Origin: a virus
Taxonomy: Duplodnaviria > Caudoviricetes
IMG/VR virus record: IMGVR_UViG_3300024494_000023
Location: 1-25,379 of that record
Strand: one strand, 5' to 3'
Length of the DNA stretch: 25,379 nucleotides
Position numbers and translations under genes: made by a program. This document shows, one piece after another, positions 16,097 through 24,493 of the stretch (position 1 is its first letter; each line of letters begins with the position of its first letter). The notes under the pieces are model-generated. The model was not told the DNA's origin. It did not search any database and saw nothing but the letters and a program-made list of their open reading frames with translations.

Positions 16097-16648
16097 ATGA
16101 GCGACACAAAGACACCAGAGACGGATTGGGTGATTAAGAATTGTAACGGCTGGCACCACGTTCCTGCTGAAAAGGCAAGAGAACTCGAAATTGAACGCAA
16201 CGCGTTGATTGATGAGCGTGACAAATTGAAGGCCGACGCGGCGGCGATGCAGGAGGCGTTGGAGCAATATGCTCGGCCTGACTTCTACTTGTTCCTGCTT
16301 AGTCCAATGGGCCAAAAAAATGACCCATGCTCCAAAGCCGCTGCCGCCCTATCCGTCAACGCTGGGCGCGAGTTGCTGGGCGAGTTGAAACGGTTGCGAA
16401 CAGAGCTTGCCGAAATGACCACCATTGCAGAAAAAGCGCGCACTCGTGAACTTGAACAGTTGGACGAACTTTCCACACTTCGCACCGACCTCGCCAAAGC
16501 GCATGCGCAGTGTGCGAAGCTAAGGAGCGAGGTTGAGAGGGCGTGGCGCGAAGGTTTTATTGACGGGGACTTTGGTGAAGCAAGCGCAGATGATTGCTGG
16601 AATCAAAGCCGCGCCCGCAAAGTAGCAACCGGAGAATTAAACAAATAA
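16097..16648 (+). CDS. Coiled-coil hypothetical phage protein
   Basis: Start MSDTKTPETD just after the upstream stop, with heptad-rich segments. Confidence 0.6.
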   Translation: MSDTKTPETDWVIKNCNGWHHVPAEKARELEIERNALIDERDKLKADAAAMQEALEQYARPDFYLFLLSPMGQKNDPCSKAAAALSVNAGRELLGELKRLRTELAEMTTIAEKARTRELEQLDELSTLRTDLAKAHAQCAKLRSEVERAWREGFIDGDFGEASADDCWNQSRARKVATGELNK

Positions 16649-16654
16649 CACACT

Positions 16655-16846
16655 ATGCCATATCCACTAACATCCATCATCGAAGTTCGTGAATCTTCTG
16701 CTTCATCCATCACTGGCATTGCACGTCAACCAATGTTTCCTCTCGATCGAATCAGAATCGAAGAGAAGACATATGAAGTGCGAGAGATGACTAGTGAAGG
16801 AATGAAAGAAGGAACTGTAAGATTTGTAGCAACTCGTGTCAGTTAA
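16655..16846 (+). CDS. Hypothetical protein
   Basis: 63-aa ORF packed in the operon. Confidence 0.5.
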   Translation: MPYPLTSIIEVRESSASSITGIARQPMFPLDRIRIEEKTYEVREMTSEGMKEGTVRFVATRVS

Positions 16847-16869
16847 ACAACAAACAAAACAAAAGCAGT

Positions 16870-17076
16870 ATGAATATATCAATAAACATTCCAGTCTCAC
16901 ACACCACTACACCAGAACTTCCTGTCGAAAGTCCTATTCGATACGAGACTGAATCTAAGAGCAAAGGAAACAATAAGAAACACAACCGCAAGTTCCCCGG
17001 TCCATCTCTTCAAGAGCAGCGTGACTTCTTGAATGGATTCAATCGTGAGGAATACTACAAGAAATACGTGCGTTAA
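16870..17076 (+). CDS. Hypothetical protein
   Basis: 68-aa ORF with an A-rich leader. Confidence 0.5.
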   Translation: MNISINIPVSHTTTPELPVESPIRYETESKSKGNNKKHNRKFPGPSLQEQRDFLNGFNREEYYKKYVR

Positions 17077-17077
17077 C

Positions 17078-17272
17078 ATGAGAACTGCCTTCTCTAGTCG
17101 AGTCGATAGACGAACAGCACAAAGTAACGGAGAACTTGGTGCTCCATCAGCACTCTCCAAACGAGGTGCAGTCGCTGCTGCTAAACGAGAAATTGATGCA
17201 GCTGTGAAACGAATCATACCAGTGAATCCACTAGCCCGCAGAACAAGGGCACAAAGAGGATTGAAGGACTGA
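17078..17272 (+). CDS. Small basic hypothetical protein
   Basis: ATG 1 nt after the upstream stop, Arg/Ala-rich. Confidence 0.5.
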   Translation: MRTAFSSRVDRRTAQSNGELGAPSALSKRGAVAAAKREIDAAVKRIIPVNPLARRTRAQRGLKD

Positions 17273-17423
17273 CTAACAAATCCTCTCACATCGCTGGCAT
17301 ACCACCAGCTAAGACTAATACTTGAGAATTTGAAGACATGTTATGTAGTTCTGGACGCTTGCATAACTGTCTTCTAACACAAACAAAACTAATAAGCGAC
17401 CAGAGATAAATGAAAGAACAACA

Positions 17424-17906
17424 ATGAGCGAAGCTACTAATACACAAACTCCTGCTGAAGCACAGTCTCCTGAGTCTGAAGTCAGCGATCCGTTTGCTGG
17501 ATTCCACGGCACTCGTAACGGTGTCAAGGTTCCTCTGCAACAGAAGTTCGTCCTCAAGGGAACGAACAAGGGCACGCCGTATGTCACGCTGAACTTCAAC
17601 GCGCTGGATGACAGTGCATTGATCACGGCTGCTGGCATTCCGCTTGTGCGAAACCTGATCGAAGCTCACTTCAATGTGGCTGGTCGTAATAACACTGAGA
17701 ACCTTCTCGGTGAGAAATACACCAGTCTCGAAGGGCTGGATATGGAGCAAGTGCAAGCGTGGGCGGATGGTATCGTCGAAGAGCGTGTGCCAACTTCTCA
17801 GTTGCGCAAGCGTTTCTTCGAGTTGATGATGAAGGCGACCACGACTCAGGAAGAGGACGAGGAAGCGTTCGAGATTCGTGCGGAGTTGCGCCGTCGGACG
17901 AAGTAG
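17424..17906 (+). CDS. Hypothetical protein
   Basis: 160 aa, A-rich leader, followed by a terminator-like hairpin. Confidence 0.7.
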   Translation: MSEATNTQTPAEAQSPESEVSDPFAGFHGTRNGVKVPLQQKFVLKGTNKGTPYVTLNFNALDDSALITAAGIPLVRNLIEAHFNVAGRNNTENLLGEKYTSLEGLDMEQVQAWADGIVEERVPTSQLRKRFFELMMKATTTQEEDEEAFEIRAELRRRTK

Positions 17907-17945
17907 AGTGTTACGATAACAATCACAAGTTGTTGAGTAATCGAG

Positions 17946-17990
17946 TGGCCGTTGGACTTCACAAGAGTTCAGCGGCCATTTCATTTACTT
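17946..17990 (+). terminator. Intrinsic terminator candidate
   Basis: 13-bp stem TGGCCGTTGGACT/AGTTCAGCGGCCA followed by TTTCATTT. Confidence 0.55.
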
Positions 17991-17996
17991 CACAGA

Positions 17997-18013
17997 TTGG
18001 CATGGCAAATGCT
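17997..18013 (+). promoter_or_regulatory. Candidate sigma54 promoter for the helicase-ligase-activator operon
   Basis: TTGGCATGGCAAATGCT has GG-N10-GC spacing. Intergenic, directly after a terminator and about 40 nt before the ATG at 18052. Confidence 0.6.
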
Positions 18014-18051
18014 ACAGTGAATGGATACAACCAACGATACTGCAAATAAAT

Positions 18052-18504
18052 ATGGAATCCAATACAGCTAATCAATCTATGTGTTCGGTGTCTATCAAAC
18101 TTCTGCTCGACTTGATGACGAGAGCAAACCCGATGAGCGAGCGAGAAGAAGTGGATGGTATGGATCACGAACTTGTTAGGTCGTTGCGTGATGCTGACCC
18201 AGACGAGTTACATCACGTCGTGCACGTGACAAAACGAGGAGTGATTTGTATCTATCGAAAGGCGGAGTGGCATCGTTCATTTGCGAAAACTCTCGCTGAT
18301 GAAGAACGCAAAGCGAAGTTGTTAGAAGATGAGCTAGCGTATCAACATGCGAAGAGTGTTGTGATGCAGTTCTTTCTTGAAGTATTTCCGGGAAATAAAG
18401 CGCAGGCTGAGAAGATGTTCATGCCGATGTGCAATAATCCGAAAGCTCTAATCGAGAAAGCTCGAAAGATTGAGATGGCTAAATTGATGGAGAAAGGATC
18501 GTGA
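18052..18504 (+). CDS. Hypothetical protein
   Basis: 150-aa ORF, first gene of the operon. Confidence 0.65.
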   Translation: MESNTANQSMCSVSIKLLLDLMTRANPMSEREEVDGMDHELVRSLRDADPDELHHVVHVTKRGVICIYRKAEWHRSFAKTLADEERKAKLLEDELAYQHAKSVVMQFFLEVFPGNKAQAEKMFMPMCNNPKALIEKARKIEMAKLMEKGS

Positions 18505-18510
18505 ATAATT

Positions 18511-18951
18511 ATGAGTGATGCAACATGGGAAGAGGAGTTCTATCCGATTGATGCGAGTGAGTGGAATGGTAATGCGAAAGATTCACTGCACAACCAGATA
18601 GGTGCAACGAAACACTCTCTGCAAAAGTGGAAGGGATTGCGAAAAGAGAATTTGGAGAAGCATAAACTAGAAGAAGCACCTATAAGTGTGTCTTCTTCCA
18701 CTTGTGCTCTGTGTCAACTTGCTGACATAGAAGACAGAGGAGACTGTGACACGTGTCCATTGTTTCGTTGTCGTGGTGATGTTAGTTGTGATAATGAAAC
18801 TGAAAATGAATGTCACAGTCCTTATCGTGCTTATGTTGACGATTCTCCATCCGATCCAGAACCAATGATCCGCGAACTCGAATGCACACTCGAAATGCTT
18901 GAGAAAGAATTGAAAGATGAGCAATCCAAATACTCCTCCGAAACCAAATAA
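18511..18951 (+). CDS. Cys-rich hypothetical protein
   Basis: CALC...CDTCPL...C motif set. Confidence 0.65.
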   Translation: MSDATWEEEFYPIDASEWNGNAKDSLHNQIGATKHSLQKWKGLRKENLEKHKLEEAPISVSSSTCALCQLADIEDRGDCDTCPLFRCRGDVSCDNETENECHSPYRAYVDDSPSDPEPMIRELECTLEMLEKELKDEQSKYSSETK

Positions 18952-19957
18952 ACCAGCAGGCTGGCACAGTCAACGCACGTTCGGAGCACAGACTGAAGCC
19001 GCCAAGTTAGCGTTCCTGCAAAAGCAATATGAGGGCACTGCACAACGAGTGCGCTTCATGCATAGGCTTGGCAAGGCGCAAGATTTATTCACAATCTGTG
19101 ACTCACTAGGTGTTGATAGAGCAGGGCGTGAGAACAGAATTGTAACGCATGATGAACTTACTGCACTAATCCTGCAAGGACGTGAGTTACTTAGTGCGAA
19201 ACCGAAAGTTGCAGAGCAACCAAAGGTTGTTGCGACTGAACAACCGAAGCCTGCTGAGGTCAAACCAACTGCACCTGCACCACCAGTAGCTCAGCCCACA
19301 GAAGAACACGTTGAGCAAGACATCGTTCTCGATCTTCCAGAACTAGAGAAGAATCCCAAGGTTATTCCATTCGGATTCCAGATTCGTAAAGCGAAAGAGC
19401 TTGTTCGTAATCTGCATGTGCATAAGCATCGTGCTAATCTTCTACTCGCAGGCACTGGATTTGGAAAGACTTACATCCTAAGTGCAGTGATCGCAGCACT
19501 CAAACGTGTAGGATACTTCGATGACTGCCGTTCAATGTGGCCAGTGTTGTATGTGACGAAGGCTTCGATTGTTGAGCAGACTGTTCGTGTGTTGAATGAT
19601 CAGTTCGGTGTGGATGAAGAGACATGCATGGTCACGAACATCGAGCAACTGCGGGCTAAGCTAGGCAAGATGTTCATTCATGAGCAGACTTGTGTAGTGA
19701 GTGGGCAGGAGCATACGATATTTACGTGGCGTCCACGTAACATTCCTCGTCTAGTGATTTGGGATGAGTCTCAAATTCTGAAAAATGTTGACTCAACTCA
19801 ATCGCGGATAGCTCAAGCATTGAATGACATAACGGAGTTGTCACACGGAGTGGAAGCGAATAAGGTGACGCAGATATTCTCTAGCGCGACTCCGTTTATG
19901 CGAGTGTGTGAAGCAAAGTGTTTCTGTGTAGCAACGCGGGCTGAGATGGGAGACTAG
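18917..19957 (+). CDS. SF2 helicase, N-terminal ATPase half
   Basis: Motif Q (FQ), I GTGFGKT, II IWDESQ and III SATP. Ends shortly after motif III. Confidence 0.85.
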   Translation: MSNPNTPPKPNKPAGWHSQRTFGAQTEAAKLAFLQKQYEGTAQRVRFMHRLGKAQDLFTICDSLGVDRAGRENRIVTHDELTALILQGRELLSAKPKVAEQPKVVATEQPKPAEVKPTAPAPPVAQPTEEHVEQDIVLDLPELEKNPKVIPFGFQIRKAKELVRNLHVHKHRANLLLAGTGFGKTYILSAVIAALKRVGYFDDCRSMWPVLYVTKASIVEQTVRVLNDQFGVDEETCMVTNIEQLRAKLGKMFIHEQTCVVSGQEHTIFTWRPRNIPRLVIWDESQILKNVDSTQSRIAQALNDITELSHGVEANKVTQIFSSATPFMRVCEAKCFCVATRAEMGD

Positions 19958-19963
19958 GAATTT

Positions 19964-20212
19964 ATGCCAAGAATACCACTACATCTACAAAAGAAGCGAG
20001 GACCGAAGCCTAAGCTGAAGATGTGTTATTGCGGTAGACCATTGTTTAGAATGAAGCACAACTGTCCTGTTTGTGAGGTGTGCGACAAGCTTGAGTCCGC
20101 TGGAGAACAGAAACGACACACGTCAGGCATACGTCGTCGTGTTGGATTACAACTTGCAGTAGAACCTTACGGTTGGTATGATGGTGGAGTGAATGGGAGA
20201 TATAATATATGA
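19964..20212 (+). CDS. Small basic zinc-finger-like protein between the helicase halves
   Basis: KKRGPKPK basic patch and CYC...CPVCEVC. Its stop overlaps the next start (ATGA). Confidence 0.6.
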   Translation: MPRIPLHLQKKRGPKPKLKMCYCGRPLFRMKHNCPVCEVCDKLESAGEQKRHTSGIRRRVGLQLAVEPYGWYDGGVNGRYNI

Positions 20213-21426
20213 AAGGTCACCTAACAAATGCAGTCTGGCCCACGTGGTCAGCAACAATCGCAGCGCCCGCAAGTGTGGACGAATACGACCCACCCGCGAT
20301 GGAGCGTTTAATCAAACTGATGAAGCCTTACATTATTGACATCAAGGGTGTCAAGGCTAAGTTCCCAGCACGCAATCGTGTCAAGCTCATTGAGTTTCGC
20401 ACGGACAAACAGCGTGAACAATACAAACTCACATGGGAGAAGTATGAACGTGAGATGGAATTGATTCGCGGCGGCATGAAAGAACTCGGTCGATTCCAAG
20501 AGCTTGTAGCGATGATGAAGTTCTCGCAGAGTGCAGAACTAATTCGTCACGAAGAGGTTGCTGACATGGCAGATGACATCTGCAAACGAGGCAAGGCTGC
20601 TGTCGTAGCATACAAGTTCAAGGAATCTATTGCTGCGACAATCAAAGTGCTGATGAACAAGCACGGATACAAACGCAATGACATCAGTATTATATGGGGT
20701 GGCATGGGAGGCATGTTCACGAGCGATGGCAAGGTGAAACTCAAGGAGAAGAAGATTCCTGAACGCACATTCAATCTGTTCCAGCCCGAAGACTTGGAGT
20801 TGTTCAAGTCGCTGAACGTGCGTCTTATAGTCACGTCGAACGAAGACGAGAACAAAGTCGTGAAGACTGTGGATTTGTCTCAAGAGATGGACGATCGTGA
20901 GAAGCTCACGAAAGCAGGACTGAAGTCTATCACTGCCGATGATCTTCAGAACATGAAGCTCGGAACGCAATCGAAGGCACAGCGTCAGGATGAGATTGAT
21001 AGATTCCAAGATGGCAAGAGTAAGATTTGTTTGTTCACATTCAAAGCTGGTGGTGTAGGCTTAAGCTTGCATCATTCGAAGCCTGAGTTGTTGCCACGTG
21101 AAAGTATCATTGCGCCATGCTACAGTGCGATTGAACTTGTGCAGGGTTTAGGAAGAGCACCACGACTTACGTCGCTGAGCGAGACAATTCAGACAATGAT
21201 CTTCTTCAAAGGAACAATAGAAGAACATATCGCTGACAAGGTGTCACAGAAGTTGCGCTGTCTTCGTGAAGTTGTGCGTCAACGTGAGTCATGGGAAGAT
21301 TGTATTGTCGAAGCGGCACAGACACATCGTGTGTCGTTTGATAGCAATGGCGAGAAGATAACGGAGATCGTCGATGACTCTGGTGGATCAGATGTGGATG
21401 AAGAGGAAGAGGAGGGAGAGGAATAA
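20209..21426 (+). CDS. SF2 helicase, C-terminal half
   Basis: RQDEIDRFQ, motif V AGGVGLSL, motif VI QGLGRAPR, GTIEE and an acidic tail. Confidence 0.85.
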   Translation: MKGHLTNAVWPTWSATIAAPASVDEYDPPAMERLIKLMKPYIIDIKGVKAKFPARNRVKLIEFRTDKQREQYKLTWEKYEREMELIRGGMKELGRFQELVAMMKFSQSAELIRHEEVADMADDICKRGKAAVVAYKFKESIAATIKVLMNKHGYKRNDISIIWGGMGGMFTSDGKVKLKEKKIPERTFNLFQPEDLELFKSLNVRLIVTSNEDENKVVKTVDLSQEMDDREKLTKAGLKSITADDLQNMKLGTQSKAQRQDEIDRFQDGKSKICLFTFKAGGVGLSLHHSKPELLPRESIIAPCYSAIELVQGLGRAPRLTSLSETIQTMIFFKGTIEEHIADKVSQKLRCLREVVRQRESWEDCIVEAAQTHRVSFDSNGEKITEIVDDSGGSDVDEEEEEGEE

Positions 21427-21429
21427 CAT

Positions 21430-22341
21430 ATGAACATCACACGACCAATGAGGGCAGTTACGATGTCATCGCTTGATGACATCAAGTTTCCTGTCTATGT
21501 TTCGTATAAGCTCGATGGCATACGTTGCATCAAAGTTGCAGGCAGAGCTTTGTCGAAGTCGATGAAGCCAATCGTTAACGCACAACTGCGTGCGTTGATT
21601 GAAGTGCCAGAGATTCCAGATGGATTTGATGGTGAACTGTGGGCTGAAGGAATGACGTTTCAAGAGATTGAATCCATCGTGATGACAGAGGATGCAGATG
21701 TGAAAGGATTGAAGTGGTATGTGTTTGATTGGGCTAGTCCTTTTCCTTTTGACTCTAGATACAGAGCCTTAATAGAAGAGATGCGAAGTGGTCATTGCTC
21801 ATCTACACAATGGATAGACTATATGAAATGTCTTCTGATCCATGACAAAAATGGATTGAAAGAGTCTTTTAATATATCGCTGTCTGTTGGAGGAGAAGGC
21901 CTCATCATCCGTAATCCTCACGCTCCATACAAATGTGGTCAATCCACAATGACGAAGCAAGAGCTAGTCAAATGGAAACCAATGGTAACTGGTAAAGCTA
22001 TTGTTCTGTGTGCAGTCGAAGAGATGAAGAACAACAATCCTGCATTCAACTCTGAACTTGGATTAGCGAAAAGGTCACACAAGAAAGTGAACAAGGTTCC
22101 TGCTGGCACACTGGGTTCGTTGCTAGTTCGTGACCTTGATTCAGGTATCGTCTTCAACATTGGAACAGGATTCGACGACGAACAAAAAGCTCTGCTGTGG
22201 GCTAGACGTGACACACTGTCTGGCACGATAGTCGAATACGAATCACAAAAGTGTGGAGTGAAAGAAGCGCCCCGCTGCCCTGTCTTCAAACGATTCCGTA
22301 ACAGAAACGATATATGCGCGTCATTGACCTCAGGAAAGTAA
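21430..22341 (+). CDS. ATP-dependent DNA ligase
   Basis: Motif I KLDGIR, FDGEL, YVFD, EGLIIR and LVKWK, then an OB domain with IGTGF and PRCPVF. Confidence 0.92.
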   Translation: MNITRPMRAVTMSSLDDIKFPVYVSYKLDGIRCIKVAGRALSKSMKPIVNAQLRALIEVPEIPDGFDGELWAEGMTFQEIESIVMTEDADVKGLKWYVFDWASPFPFDSRYRALIEEMRSGHCSSTQWIDYMKCLLIHDKNGLKESFNISLSVGGEGLIIRNPHAPYKCGQSTMTKQELVKWKPMVTGKAIVLCAVEEMKNNNPAFNSELGLAKRSHKKVNKVPAGTLGSLLVRDLDSGIVFNIGTGFDDEQKALLWARRDTLSGTIVEYESQKCGVKEAPRCPVFKRFRNRNDICASLTSGK

Positions 22342-22634
22342 GCATCGCCACCTCATGCTGGGAGAACAACTATGGCATGAGAGTTGAGAAGAAGCCAGAG
22401 CAGCCGACATTTCTTGGTGCTCGTATGCACGAGAAGCGTCCACTACAACAAGCAGACACATGGACATTCTGTGTGATCTTCGAGTTTGGTTCACGAAGGA
22501 CAGAAACATTCTACGGAACGCGCGCTATCAGTCTTTGGTCCGCATGGAAAGCAAAACAATTCGGAGAAAGTCAACCACGTCGCAAACAACCACGTCAATC
22601 ACTTAAACATAAGCAACAGCTAGAACTCCTATGA
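22314..22634 (+). CDS. Hypothetical protein
   Basis: 106 aa, overlapping both neighbours. Confidence 0.55.
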   Translation: MRVIDLRKVSIATSCWENNYGMRVEKKPEQPTFLGARMHEKRPLQQADTWTFCVIFEFGSRRTETFYGTRAISLWSAWKAKQFGESQPRRKQPRQSLKHKQQLELL

Positions 22635-23509
22635 CACCAGAACAAAAAGCAGAAGAGATGCGCAAGTTCAGAGAGCAACTTCGTGCATCATCCGGTAAAG
22701 AACGTATCAACATCTTCAAGGCTGCCAATGTTATCAATGAACATGAGGCCCGCAAGATGACCTTGCAAATCCCGAAGGCTCCGCCTGCTCCTGCAACTGT
22801 GCAGCCCGGTCAGCCTTCAATGACATGGCTTGACAGATTCATCACACAAGACCCTGCTCTAGTTGAGATGAAAGAACATGTCAAGAAACTTGCACCATTG
22901 CAACATCCTGTTCTCATTCATGGTGAGAGCGGAACGGGTAAAGAACTCATTGCCCGCGCTATGCATAATACACGACATGGCAAGTTCGTCGCTGTGAACT
23001 GCGCTGCTATCAGTGAGAATCTCATCGAGTCTGAACTGTTCGGTCATGCCAAGGGTTCATTCACTGGTGCTTACACTGATAAGATAGGATTGCTTCAAGA
23101 TGCGCGCGATGGCACAATCTTCCTTGATGAGATTGGCGACTTGCCGAAAGCAATGCAACCAAAGTTATTGCGAGCTATTCAGAACAAGACAGTTCGTCGT
23201 GTTGGTTCAACACAAGACGAAGAGATTTCCTGTCGATTCATTAGTGCTACACACAAACATCTGTGGACTGCCGTCAATGATGGTGAGTTCCGTATGGATT
23301 TGTATTTCCGTCTTGCTGTGTTCGAAGTAGAAATCAAACCAATGCGTGAGCGTTGTCTCGAAGATTTCATCCTACTTGCAAAGGCTTATGGTGGAACAGA
23401 AGAGGATGCTCAATATTTGCATGACAATCGAGCACAACTGAGAGGTAACATTCGACAAATGCAGCACTGGTTTCTACGTAAGCAAGTGCTCGGTATCAAT
23501 TCATTGTGA
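22631..23509 (+). CDS. Sigma54-interacting AAA+ activator (bEBP) lacking HTH and sensor domains
   Basis: Walker A GESGTGKE, FVAVNCAA, ESELFGH-x-KGSFTGA, Walker B FLDEIG, QPKLLR, FRMDLYFRL and GNIRQ. The protein ends 16 aa after GNIRQ. Confidence 0.93.
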   Translation: MTPEQKAEEMRKFREQLRASSGKERINIFKAANVINEHEARKMTLQIPKAPPAPATVQPGQPSMTWLDRFITQDPALVEMKEHVKKLAPLQHPVLIHGESGTGKELIARAMHNTRHGKFVAVNCAAISENLIESELFGHAKGSFTGAYTDKIGLLQDARDGTIFLDEIGDLPKAMQPKLLRAIQNKTVRRVGSTQDEEISCRFISATHKHLWTAVNDGEFRMDLYFRLAVFEVEIKPMRERCLEDFILLAKAYGGTEEDAQYLHDNRAQLRGNIRQMQHWFLRKQVLGINSL

Positions 23510-23529
23510 TATATGAACACATATCAATG

Positions 23530-23545
23530 TGGCATACAACTTGCT
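23530..23545 (+). promoter_or_regulatory. Sigma54 promoter downstream of the activator gene
   Basis: TGGCATACAACTTGCT is a full consensus match in the gap between the activator stop and the ATG at 23562. Confidence 0.7.
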
Positions 23546-23561
23546 AATAAGGATTTACGAT

Positions 23562-24209
23562 ATGAGTGATGCTATTACTACAACGTCCTTCTTAGACGGC
23601 AACCTTCCAGAGGATAAACAGAGAGGAACAATAACGCCCAAGCCTCATAATCGGGAGCGATACACTGGCGGCACACGTCCTACATATTACAAGGCAGAGT
23701 ATGGTCGTGCGATTCTTCCTCATCTTGTGAAGATGATTGAGAAGAAGACTGATATTGAATTCGCCCCCACTCATGGTGAAAAGTTGACGACGGTTTATCA
23801 GCGTGTGCAACAGTCGTTCACTTACGCTGTGGATAATCTCGATGTCGGAGGTCAACTGGAATCTCTTCGTGCGAAAGTTGTCTTGCGAAAGACACCGAGG
23901 GCTATCGTGTTGTGTTTCAAAGAGAATGCGATGAACTATGGGCGACAACAATCTGTGTTGCGTGAAGCTCTTGTGCGTCATGATGCGTTCGCAGTTCGTG
24001 ATGTTGTCACTGTTGAGTGGCGACCAATGCTGAACACGTTCATGGAGAACAGTGACAAGAAGGAGTTGAAGATTACGGATGGGATTTTTCTTGCGCCTGA
24101 GGATCAAGAGACTGTGAAAGCTCTTGTTGCGTCTGCGGAGATGATGAATGATCCGATGGAACTTGTGACGTTAGATGCTTACGTGCTGCATATTAGGAGG
24201 AAGTCGTAA
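23562..24209 (+). CDS. Hypothetical protein
   Basis: Likely start MSDAIT at 23562, since the GTG at 23529 overlaps the promoter motif. Confidence 0.65.
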   Translation: MSDAITTTSFLDGNLPEDKQRGTITPKPHNRERYTGGTRPTYYKAEYGRAILPHLVKMIEKKTDIEFAPTHGEKLTTVYQRVQQSFTYAVDNLDVGGQLESLRAKVVLRKTPRAIVLCFKENAMNYGRQQSVLREALVRHDAFAVRDVVTVEWRPMLNTFMENSDKKELKITDGIFLAPEDQETVKALVASAEMMNDPMELVTLDAYVLHIRRKS

Positions 24210-24210
24210 C

Positions 24211-24489
24211 ATGACAATCGAACAACTTCTTGATCTACCTGCATCTGGACTCGAAGCAATTCCAGATGATCAACTCGTGAAGATGCTTGAACCTTACTTC
24301 AAGTTCACGCGTCCTGACACAAGTAGAGGAACTGGAATGTTGCTACCAAAGACAGGAGTCAGCAGTAAGATGAAGTCGGCGGCAGTGAAACAAGAACAAG
24401 GAATGAAAGCTGTGTTGAAGAATCTCGACTTTGGAACATTGACTGACGAGAAGATGATGGCGTTGCGTAAGATGATGCATGGTAAATAA
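24211..24489 (+). CDS. Hypothetical protein
   Basis: ATG 1 nt after the upstream stop (MTIEQLL...). Confidence 0.6.
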   Translation: MTIEQLLDLPASGLEAIPDDQLVKMLEPYFKFTRPDTSRGTGMLLPKTGVSSKMKSAAVKQEQGMKAVLKNLDFGTLTDEKMMALRKMMHGK

Positions 24490-24493
24490 AGAT

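Noticed and set aside
18961-18977. GG-N10-GC matches at 18962, 13060, 22978 and near 7135-7150
   Set aside because: Poor -12 boxes and mostly in coding sequence, so compatible with chance.
19946-20211. Ribosomal bypass or intron rejoining the helicase halves
   Set aside because: The matching GGA in the downstream repeat is not in the C-half frame, a TAA at 20203 precedes its ATG, the C-half has its own SD and start, and no intron core was seen.
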